Part shown: one piece after another, positions 10,501 to 22,500 of the stretch
Layout of the letters: the number at the start of each line of letters is the position of its first letter
How positions within the stretch are numbered: the stretch's first letter is position 1
Source: Neoechinorhynchus agilis
Taxonomy: Eukaryota > Animalia > Acanthocephala
Assembly (NCBI GenBank): GCA_051530055.1
Contig: JBMGUZ010000005.1
Coordinates: forward strand, 1 to 64,000
DNA length: 64,000 bases
Direction of reading: 5' to 3'
Made by a program: the position numbers and the translations under genes
The notes under the pieces: generated by a model
Databases searched by the model: none
What the model was told of the DNA's origin: nothing
What the model saw: the letters and a program-made list of their open reading frames with translations, nothing else

Positions 10501-13500
10501 ACCTGGCACGGAGAATTTTTCTAGTAAAAGCCAAAAAGAAGGTGGTCAATTCCTCCTCAGATCTTAGGCCAATTTCCATTCAGAACGCCCTAGTATCTCT
10601 TTATGAGGAAGCTCTTGCCACCCGTTTGATGGAATTTTGTAGGGAAAAGGACGTTATAAACGGTTGAGCATTAACCTGGCACGGAGAATTCTTCACGTAA
10701 AAGCCAAAAGAAGGTGGTCAATTCCTCCTCAGATCTTAGGCCAATTTCCATTCAGAACGCCCTAGTATCTCTTTATGAGAGAGCTCTTTGTAATTTGATG
10801 GAATTTTGTAGGGAAAAGGACGTTATAAACGGTTGAGCATTAACCTGGCACGGAGAATTCTTCTCGTAAGCCAAAAAGAAGGTGGTCAATTCCTCCTCAG
10901 ATCTTAGGCCAATTTCCATTCAGAACGCCCTAGTATCTCTTTATGAGAGAGCTCTTGCCACCCGTTTGATGGAATTTTGTAGGGAAAAGGACGTTGTAAA
11001 CGGTTGAGCATTAACCTGGCACGGAGAATTCTTCTCGTAAAAGCCAAAAAGAAGGTGGTCAATCCCTCCTCAGATCTTAGGCCAATTTCCATTCAGAACG
11101 CCTTAGTATCTCTTTATGAGAAAGCTCTTGCCACCCATTTGATGGAATTTTGTAGGGAAAAGGACGTTATAAACGGTTGAGCATTAACCTGGCACGGAGA
11201 ATTCTTCCAGTAAAAGCCAAAAAGAAGGTGGTCAATTCCTCCTCAGATCTTAGGCCAATTTCCATTCAGAACGCCTTAGTATCTCTTTATGAGAAAGCTC
11301 TTGCCACCCATTTGATGGAATTTTGTAGGGAAAAGGACGTTATAAACGGTTGAGCATTAACCTGGCACGGAGAATTCTTCTCGTAGAAGCCAAAAAGTAG
11401 GTGGTCAATTCCTCCTCAGATCTTAGGCCAATTTCCATTCAGAACGCCTTAGTATCTCTTTATGAGAAAGCTCTTGCCACACGTTTGATGGAATTTTGTA
11501 GGGAAAAGGACGTTATAAACGGTTGAGCATTAACCTGGCACGGAGAATTCTTCTCGTAAAAGCCAAAAAGAAGGTGGTCAATTCCTCCTCAGATCTTAGG
11601 CCAATTTCCATTCAGAACGCCCTAGTATCTCTTTATGAGAAAGCTCTTGCCACCCGTTTGTAGGAATTTTGTAGGAAAAAGGACGTTATAAACGGTTGAG
11701 CATTAACCTGGCACGGAGAATTCTTCTCGTAAAAGCCAAAAAGAAGGTGGTCAATTCCTCCTCAGATCTTAGGCCAATTTCCATTCAGAACGCCCTAGTA
11801 TCTCTTTATGAGAGAGCTCTTGCAACCCGTTTGATGGAATTTTGTATGGAAAAGGATGTTATAAACGGTTGAGCATTAACCTGGCACGGAGAATTCTTCT
11901 CGTAGAAGCCAAAAAGTAGGTGGTCAATTCCTCCTCAGATCTTAGGCCAATTTCCATTCAGAACGCCTTAGTATCTCTTTATGAGAAAGCTCTTGCCACA
12001 CGTTTGATGGAATTTTGTAGGGAAAAGGACGTTATAAACGGTTGAGCATTAACCTGGCACGGAGAATTCTTCTCGTAAAAGCCAAAAAGAAGGTGGTCAA
12101 TTCCTCCTCAGATCTTAGGCCAATTTCCATTCAGAACGCCCTAGTATCTCTTTATGAGAAAGCTCTTGCCACCCGTTTGATGGAATTTTTGGGAAAAAGG
12201 ACATTTATAAACGGTTGAGCATTAACCTGGCACGGAGAATTCTTCTCGTAAAAGCCAAAAGAAGGTGGTCAATTCCTCCTCAGATCTTAGGCAATTTTCC
12301 ATTCAGAACGCCCTAGTATCTCTTTATGAGAAAGCTCTTGCCACACGTTTGATGGAATTTTGTAGGGAAAAGGACGTTATACACGGTTGAGACTTAACCT
12401 GGAACGGAGAATTCTTCTCGTAAAAGCCAAAAAGAAGGTGGTCAATTCCTCATCAGATCCTAGGCCAGTTTCCATTCTGAACGCCATAGTATCTCTTTAT
12501 GAGAAAGCTCTTGCCACACGTTTGATGGAATTTTGTAGGGAAAAGGACGTTATACACGGTTGAGCATTAACCTGGCACGGAGAATTCTTCTAGTAAAAGC
12601 CAAAAAGAAGGTGGTCAATTCCTCCTCAGATCTTAGGCCAATTTCCATTCAGAACGCCCTTAGTATCTCTTTATGAGAGAGCTCTTGCCACGTTTGATGG
12701 AATTTTGTAGGAAAAGGACGTTATAAACGGTTGAGCATTAACCTGGCACGGAGAATTCTTCTCGTAAAAGCCAAAAAGAAGGTGGTCAATTCCTCCTCAG
12801 ATCTTAGGCCAATTTCCATTCAGAACGCCCTAGTATCTCTTTATGAGAAAGCTCTTGCCACCCGTTTGATGGAATTTTTTAGGAAAAAGGACGTTATAAA
12901 CGGTTGAGCATTAACCTGGCACGGAGAATTCTTCTCGTAAAAGCCAAAAAGAAGGTGGTCAATTCCTCCTCAGATCTTAGGCCAATTTCCATTCAGAACG
13001 CCTTAGTATCTCTTTATGAGAAAGCTCTTGCCACCCGTTTGATGGAATTTTTTAGGAAAAAGGACGTTATAAACGGTTGAGCATTAACCTGGCACGGAGA
13101 ATTCTTCTCGTAGAAGCCAAAAAGTAGGTGGTCAATTCCTCCTCAGATCTTAGGCCAATTTCCATTCAGAACGCCTTAGTATCTCTTTATGAGAAAGCTC
13201 TTGCCACACGTTTGATGGAATTTTGTAGGGAAAAGGACGTTATAAACGGTTGAGCATTAACCTGGCACGGAGAATTCTTCTCGTAAAAGCCAAAGAAGGT
13301 GGTCAATTTCTCACTCAGATCTTAGGCCAATTTCCATTCAGAACGCCTTAGTATCTCTTTATGAAAGCTCTTGCCACCCGTTTGATGGAATTTTTAGGAA
13401 AAAGGACGTTATAAACGGTTGAGCATTAACCTGGCACGGAGAATTCTTCTCGTAAAAGCCAAAAGAAGGTGGTCAATTCCTCCTCAGATCTTAGGCCAAT

Positions 13501-16500
13501 TTCCATTCAGAACGCCTTAGTATCTCTTTATGAGAAAGCTCTTGCCACACGTTTGATGGAATTTTGTAGGGAAAAGGACGTTATAAACGGTTGAGCATTA
13601 ACCTGGCACGGAGAATTCTTCTCGTAAAAGCCAAAAAGAAGGTGGTCAATTCCTCCTCACATCTTAGGCCAATTTCCATTCAGAATGCCCTAGTATCTCT
13701 TTATGAGAAAGCTCTTGCCACCCATTTGATGGAATTTTGTAGGGAAAAGGACGTTATAAACGGTTGAGCATTAACCTGGCACGGAGAATTCTTCTCGTAA
13801 AAGCCAAAATGAAGGTGGTCAATTCCTCCTCAGATCTTAGGCCAATTTCCATTCAGAACGCCCTAGTATCTCTTTATGAGAAAGCTCTTGCCACCCGTTT
13901 GATGGAATTTTTTAGGGAAAAGGACGTTATAAACGGTTGAGCATTAACCTGGCACGGAGAATTCTTCTCGTAAAAGCCAAAAAAGAAGGTGGTCAATTCC
14001 TCCTCAGATCTTAGGCCAATTTCCATTCAGAACGCCTTAGTATCTCTTTATGAGAAAGCTCCTGTTACCTGTTTGATGGAAGTTTGTAGGAAAAGGGCGT
14101 GCCAGGTTAATGCTCAACCGTTTATAACGTCCTTTTCCCTACAAAATTCCATCAAACGTGTGGCAAGAGCTTTCTCATAAAGAGATACTAAGGCGTTCTG
14201 AATGGAAATTGGCCTAAGATCTGAGGAGGAATTGACCACCTACTTTTTGGCTTCTACGAGAAGAATTCTCCGTGCCAGGTTAATGCTCAACCGTTTATAA
14301 CGTCCTTTTTCCTAAAAAATTCCATCAAACGGGTGGCAAGAGCTTTCTCATAAAGAGATACTAAGGCGTTCTGAATGGAAATTGGCCTAAGATCTGAGGA
14401 GGAATTGACCACCTTCTTTTTGGCTTTTACGAGAAGAATTCTCCGTGCCAGGTTAATGCTCAACCGTTTATAACGTCCTTTTTCCTAAAAAATTCCATCA
14501 AACGGGTGGCAAGAGCTTTCTCATAAAGAGATACTAGGGCGTTCTGAATGGAAATTGGCCTAAGATCTGAGGAGGAATTGACCACCTTCTTTTTGGCTTT
14601 TACGAGAAGAATTCTCCGTGCCAGGTTAATGCTCAACCGTTTATAACGTCCTTTTCCTACAAAATTCCATCAAACGTGGCAAGAGCTCTCTCATAAAGAG
14701 ATACTAAGGGCGTTCTGAATGGAAATTGGCCTAAGATCTGAGGAGGAATTGACCACCTTCTTTTTGGCTTTTACTAGAAGAATTCTCCGTGCCAGGTTAA
14801 TGCTCAACCGTGTATAACGTCCTTTTCCCTACAAAATTCCATCAAACGTGTGGCAAGAGCTTTCTCATAAAGAGATACTATGGCGTTCAGAATGGAAACT
14901 GGCCTAGGATCTGATGAGGAATTGACCACCTTCTTTTTGGCTTTTACGAGAAGAATTCTCCGTTCCAGGTTAAGTCTCAACCGTGTATAACGTCCTTTTC
15001 CCTACAAAATTCCATCAAACGTGTGGCAAGAGCTTTCTCATAAAGAGATACTAGGGCGTTCTGAATGGAAAATTGCCTAAGATCTGAGGAGGAATTGACC
15101 ACCTTCTTTTGGCTTTTACGAGAAGAATTCTCCGTGCCAGGTTAATGCTCAACCGTTTATAAATGTCCTTTTTCCCAAAAATTCCATCAAACGGGTGGCA
15201 AGAGCTTTCTCATAAAGAGATACTAGGGCGTTCTGAATGGAAATTGGCCTAAGATCTGAGGAGGAATTGACCACCTTCTTTTTGGCTTTTACGAGAAGAA
15301 TTCTCCGTGCCAGGTTAATGCTCAACCGTTTATAACGTCCTTTTCCCTACAAAATTCCATCAAACGTGTGGCAAGAGCTTTCTCATAAAGAGATACTAAG
15401 GCGTTCTGAATGGAAATTGGCCTAAGATCTGAGGAGGAATTGACCACCTACTTTTTGGCTTCTACGAGAAGAATTCTCCGTGCCAGGTTAATGCTCAACC
15501 GTTTATAACATCCTTTTCCATACAAAATTCCATCAAACGGGTTGCAAGAGCTCTCTCATAAAGAGATACTAGGGCGTTCTGAATGGAAATTGGCCTAAGA
15601 TCTGAGGAGGAATTGACCACCTTCTTTTTGGCTTTTACGAGAAGAATTCTCCGTGCCAGGTTAATGCTCAACCGTTTATAACGTCCTTTTTCCTACAAAA
15701 TTCCTACAAACGGGTGGCAAGAGCTTTCTCATAAAGAGATACTAGGGCGTTCTGAATGGAAATTGGCCTAAGATCTGAGGAGGAATTGACCACCTTCTTT
15801 TTGGCTTTTACGAGAAGAATTCTCCGTGCCAGGTTAATGCTCAACCGTTTATAACGTCCTTTTCCCTACAAAATTCCATCAAACGTGTGGCAAGAGCTTT
15901 CTCATAAAGAGATACTAAGGCGTTCTGAATGGAAATTGGCCTAAGATCTGAGGAGGAATTGACCACCTACTTTTTGGCTTCTACGAGAAGAATTCTCCGT
16001 GCCAGGTTAATGCTCAACCGTTTATAACGTCCTTTTCCCTACAAAATTCCATCAAATGGGTGGCAAGAGCTTTCTCATAAAGAGATACTAAGGCGTTCTG
16101 AATGGAAATTGGCCTAAGATCTGAGGAGGAATTGACCACCTTCTTTTTGGCTTTTACTGGAAGAATTCTCCGTGCCAGGTTAATGCTCAACCGTTTATAA
16201 CGTCCTTTTCCCTACAAAATTCCATCAAATGGGTGGCAAGAGCTTTCTCATAAAGAGATACTAAGGCGTTCCAGGTTAATGCTCAACCGTTTATAACGTA
16301 TTTTCCCTACAAAATTCCATCAAACGGGTGGCAAGAGCTTTCTCATAAAGAGATACTAAGGCGTTCTGAATGGAAATTGACCTAAGATCTGAGGAGGAAT
16401 TGACCACCTTCTTTTTGGCTTTTACGAGAAGAATTCTCCGTGCCAGGTTAATGCTCAACCGTTTATAACGTATTTTCCCTACAAAATTCCATCAAACGGG

Positions 16501-19500
16501 TGGCAAGAGCTATCTCATAAAGAGATACTGGGGCGTTCTGAATGGAAATTGGCCTAAGATCTGAGGAGGAATTGACCACCTTCTTTTTGGCTTTTACGAG
16601 AAGAATTCTCCGTGCCAGGTTAATGCTCAACCGTTTATAACGTATTTTCCCTACAAAATTCCATCAAACGGGTGGCAAGAGCTTTCTCATAAAGAGATAC
16701 TAGGGCGTTCTGAATGGAAATTGGCCTAAGATCTGAGGAGGAATTGACCACCTTCTTTTTGGCTTTTACGAGAAGAATTCTCCGTGCCAGGTTAATGCTC
16801 AACCGTGTATAACGTCCTTTTCCCTACAAAATTCCATCAAACGGGTGGCAAGAGCTTTCTCATAAAGAGATACTAGGGCGTTCTGAATGGAAATTGGCCT
16901 AAGATCTGAGGAGGAATTGACCACCTTCTTTTTGGCTTTTACGAGAAGAATTCTCCGTGCCAGGTTAATGCTCAACCGTTTATAACGTCATTTTTCCTAC
17001 AAAATTCCATCAAACGGGTGGCAAGAGCTTTCTCATAAAGAGATACTAGGGCGTTCTGAATGGAAATTGGCCTAAGATCTGAGGAGGAATTGACCACCTT
17101 CTTTTTGGCTTTTACGAGAAGAATTCTCCGTGCCAGGTTAATGCTCAACCGTTTATAACGTCCTTTTTCCTACAAAATTCCATCAAACGGGTGGCAAGAG
17201 CTTTCTCATAAAGAGATACTAAGGCGTTCTGAATGGAAATTGGCCTAAGATCTGAGGAGGAATTGACCACCTTCTTTTTGGCTTTTACGAGAAGAATTCT
17301 CCGTTCCAGGTTAATGCTCAACCGTTTATAACGTCCTTTTCCCTACAAAATTCCATCAAACGGGCGGCAAGAGCTTTCTCATAAAGAGATACTAGGGCGT
17401 TCTGAATGGAAATTGGCCTAAGATCTGAGGAGGAATTGACCACCTTCTTTTTGGCTTTCACGAGAAGAATCCTCCCTCCGTGCCAGGTTAATGCTCAACC
17501 GTTTATAACGTCCTTTTCCCTACAAAATTCCATAAAACGGGTGGCAAGAGCTCTCTCATAAAGAGATACTAGGGCGTTCTGAATGGAAATTGGCCTAAGA
17601 TCTGAGGAGGAATTGACCACCTTCTCTTTGGCTTTTACGAGAAGAATTCTCCGTGCCAGGTTAATGCTCAACCGTTTATAACGTCCTTTTCCCTACAAAA
17701 TTCCATCAAACGGAAGCAAGAGCTCTCTCATAAAGAGATACTAGGGCGTTCTGAATGGAAATTGGCCTAAGATCTGAGGAGGAATTGACCACCTTCTTTT
17801 TGGCTTTTACGAGAAGAATTCTCCGTGCCAGGTTAATGCTCAACCGTTTATAACGTCCTTTTCTCACAAAATTCCATCAAACGGGTGCCAAGAGCTCTCT
17901 CATAAAGAGATACTAAGGCGTTCTGAATGGAAATTGGCCTAAGATCTGAGGAGGAATTGACCACCTTCTTTTTGGCTTTTTACGAGAAGAATTCTCCGTG
18001 CCAGGTTAATGCTCAACCGTTTATAACGTATTTTCCCTACAAAATTCCATCAAACGGGTGGCAAGAGTTTAAGCAATAATGAGATACTAAGGCGTTCTGA
18101 ATGGAAATTGGCCTAAGATCTGAGGAGGAATTGACCACCTTCTTTTTGGCTTTTACGAGAAGAATTCTCCGTGCCAGGTTAATGCTCAACCGTTTATAAC
18201 GTCCTTTTTCCTACAAAATTCCATCAAACGGTGGCAAGAGCTTTCTCATAAAGAGATACTAGGGCGTTCTGAATGGAAATTGGCCTAAGATCTGAGGAGG
18301 AATTCACCTTCTTCTTGGCTTTTACGAGAAGAATTCTCCGTGCCAGGTTAATGCTCAACCGTTTATAACGTATTTTCCCTACAAAATTCCATCAAACGGG
18401 TGGCAAGAGCTTTCTCATAAAGAGATACTAAGGCGTTCTGAATGGAAATTGACCTAAGATCCGAGGAGGAATTGACCACCTTCTTTTTGGCTTTTACGAG
18501 AAGAATTCTCCGTGCCAGCTTAATGCTCAACCGTTTATAACGTCCTTTTCCCTACAAAATTCCATCAAACGGGTGGCAAGAGCTATCTCATAAAGAGATA
18601 CTAGGGCGTTCTGAATGGAAATTGGCCTAAGATCTGAGGAGGAATTGACCACCTTCTTTTTGGCTTTTACGAGAAGAATTCTCCGTGCCAGGTTAATGCT
18701 CAACCGTTTATAACGTCCTTTTCCCTACAAAATTCCATCAAACGGGTGGCAAGAGCTCTCTCATAAAGAGATACTAGGGCGTTCTGAATGGAAATTGGCC
18801 TAAGATCTGAGGAGGAATTGACCACCTTCTTTTGGCTTTTACGAGAAGAATTCTCCGTGCCAGGTTAATGCTCAACCGTTTATAACGTCCTTTTCCCTAC
18901 AAAATTCCATCAAACGGGTGGCAATGGCTTTCTCATAAAGAGATACTAAGGCGTTCCAGGTTAATGCTCAACCGTTTATAACGTCCTTTTCCCTACAAAA
19001 TCTCCATCAAACGGGTGGCAAGAGCTTTCATAAAGAGATACTAGGGCGTTCTGAATGGAAATTGGCTCAAGATCTGAGGAGGAATTGACCACCTTCTTTG
19101 GCTTTTACGAGAAGAATTCTCCGTGCCAGGTTAATGCTCAACCGTTTATAACGTCCTTTTCCCTACAAAATTCCATCAAACGGGTGGCAAGAGCTCTCTC
19201 ATAAAGAGATACTAGGGCGTTCTGAATGGAAATTGGCTCAAGATCTGAGGAGGAATTGACTACCTTCTTTTTGGCTTTTACGAGAAGAATTCTCCGTGCC
19301 AGGTTAATGCTCAACCGTTTATAACGTCCTTTTCCCTACAAAAATTCCATCAAACGGGGTGGCAAGAGCTTTCTCATAAAGAGATACTAGGGCGTCTCCA
19401 GGTTAATGCTCAACCGTTTATAACGTCCTTTTCCTACAAAATTCCATCAAACGGGTGGCAAGAGCTTTCTCATAAAGAGATACTAGGGCGTTCTGAATGG

Positions 19501-22500
19501 AAATTGGCCTAAGATCTGAGGAGGAATTGACCACCTTCTTTTTGGCTTGTACGAGAAGAATCTCTCGTGCCAGGTTAATGCTCAACCGTTTATAACGTCC
19601 TTTCCCTACAAAATTCCAGGCATCAAACTGGTGGCAAGAGCTCTCTCATAAAGAGATACTAGGGCGTGCCAGGTTAATGCTCAACCGTTTATAACGTCCT
19701 TTTCCCTACAAAATTCCATCAAACGGGTGGCAAGAGCTTTCTCATAAAGAGATACAAGGGCGTTCTGAATGGAAATTGGCCTAAGATCTGAGGAGGAATT
19801 GACCACCTTCTTTTTGGCTTTTACGAGAAGAATTCTCCGTGCCAGGTTAATGCTCAACCGTTTATAACGTCCTTTTTCCTAAAAAATTCCATCCAAACGG
19901 GTGGCAAGAGCTTTCTCATAAAGAGATACTAGGGCGTTCTGAATGGAAATTGGCCTAAGATCTGAGGAGGGATTGACCACCTTCTTTTTGGCTTTTACGA
20001 GAAGAATTCTCCGTTCCAGGTTAATGCTCAACCGTTTATAACGTCCTTTTCCCTACAAAATTCCATCAAACTGGTGGCAAGAGCTTTCTCATAAAGAGAT
20101 ACTAAGGCGTTCTGAATGGAAATTGGCCTAAGATCTGAGGAGGAATTGACCACCTTCTTTTTGGCTTTTACGAGAAGAATTCTCCGTGCCAGGTTAATGC
20201 TCAACCGTTTATAACGTCCTTTTCCCTACAAAATTCCATCAAACGGGTGGCAAGAGCTCTCTCATAAAGAGATACTAGGGCGTTCTGAATGGAAATTGGC
20301 CTAAGATCTGAGGAGGAATTGACCACCTTCTTTTTGGCTTTTACGAGAAGAATTCTCGTGCCAGGTTAATGCTCAACCGTTTATAACGTCCTTTTCCCTA
20401 CAAAATTCCATCAAACGGGTGGCAAGAGCTTTCTCATAAATAGATACTAGGGCGTTCAGAATGGAAATTGGCCTAAGATCTGAGGAGGAATTGACCACCT
20501 TCTTTTTGGCTTTTACGAGAAGAATTCTCCGTGCCAGGTTAATGCTCAACCGTTTATAACGTCCTTTTCCCTACAAAATTCCATAAAACGGGTGGCAAGA
20601 GCTCTCTCATAAAGAGATACTAGGGCGTTCTGAATGGAAATTGGCCTAAGATCTGAGGAGGAATTGACCACCTTCTCTTTGGCTTTTACGAGAAGAATTC
20701 TCCGTGCCAGGTTAATGCTCAACCGTTTATAACGTCCTTTTCCCTACAAAATTCCATCAAACGGAAGCAAGAGCTCTCTCATAAAGAGATACTAGGGCGT
20801 TCTGAATGGAAATTGGCCTAAGATCTGAGGAGGAATTGACCACCTTCTTTTTGGCTTTTACGAGAAGAATTCTCCGTGCCAGGTTAATGCTCAACCGTTT
20901 ATAACGTCCTTTTCTCACAAAATTCCATCAAACGGGTGCCAAGAGCTCTCTCATAAAGAGATACTAAGGCGTTCTGAATGGAAATTGGCCTAAGATCTGA
21001 GGAGGAATTGACCACCTTCTTTTTGGCTTTTTACGAGAAGAATTCTCCGTGCCAGGTTAATGCTCAACCGTTTATAACGTATTTTCCCTACAAAATTCCA
21101 TCAAACGGGTGGCAAGAGTTTAAGCAATAATGAGATACTAAGGCGTTCTGAATGGAAATTGGCCTAAGATCTGAGGAGGAATTGACCACCTTCTTTTTGG
21201 CTTTTACGAGAAGAATTCTCCGTGCCAGGTTAATGCTCAACCGTTTATAACGTCCTTTTTCCTACAAAATTCCATCAAACGGTGGCAAGAGCTTTCTCAT
21301 AAAGAGATACTAGGGCGTTCTGAATGGAAATTGGCCTAAGATCTGAGGAGGAATTCACCTTCTTCTTGGCTTTTACGAGAAGAATTCTCCGTGCCAGGTT
21401 AATGCTCAACCGTTTATAACGTATTTTCCCTACAAAATTCCATCAAACGGGTGGCAAGAGCTTTCTCATAAAGAGATACTAAGGCGTTCTGAATGGAAAT
21501 TGACCTAAGATCCGAGGAGGAATTGACCACCTTCTTTTTGGCTTTTACGAGAAGAATTCTCCGTGCCAGCTTAATGCTCAACCGTTTATAACGTCCTTTT
21601 CCCTACAAAATTCCATCAAACGGGTGGCAAGAGCTATCTCATAAAGAGATACTAGGGCGTTCTGAATGGAAATTGGCCTAAGATCTGAGGAGGAATTGAC
21701 CACCTTCTTTTTGGCTTTTACGAGAAGAATTCTCCGTGCCAGGTTAATGCTCAACCGTTTATAACGTCCTTTTCCCTACAAAATTCCATCAAACGGGTGG
21801 CAAGAGCTCTCTCATAAAGAGATACTAGGGCGTTCTGAATGGAAATTGGCCTAAGATCTGAGGAGGAATTGACCACCTTCTTTTGGCTTTTACGAGAAGA
21901 ATTCTCCGTGCCAGGTTAATGCTCAACCGTTTATAACGTCCTTTTCCCTACAAAATTCCATCAAACGGGTGGCAATGGCTTTCTCATAAAGAGATACTAA
22001 GGCGTTCTGAATGGAAATTGGCCTAAGATCTGAGGAGGAATTGACCACCTACTTTTTGGTTTTACGAGAAGAATTCTCCGTGCCAGGTTAATGCTCAACC
22101 GTTTATAACGTCCTTTTTCCTACAAAATTCCATCAAACGGGTGGCAAGAGCTTTCTCATAAAGAGATACTAGGGCGTTCTGAATGGAAATTGGCCTAAGA
22201 TCTGAGGAGGAATTGACCACCTTCTTTTTGGCTTTTACGAGAAGAATTCTCCGTGCCAGGTTAATGCTCAACCGTTTATAACGTATTTTCCCTACAAAAT
22301 TCCATCAAACGGGTGGCAAGAGCTTTCTCATAAAGAGATACTAAGGCGTTCTGAATGGAAATTGACCTAAGATCTGAGGAGGAATTGACCACCTTCTTTT
22401 TGGCTTTTACGAGAAGAATTCTCCGTGCCAGGTTAATGCTCAACCGTTTATAACGTATTTTCCCTACAAAATTCCATCAAACGGGTGGCAAGAGCTATCT

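Noticed and set aside
14200-14260. Hammerhead core (CTGAGGA) in the reverse satellite monomer
   Set aside because: No GAAA after a stem II, and the upstream GAAA leaves only 12 nt, too short for stems III and I.
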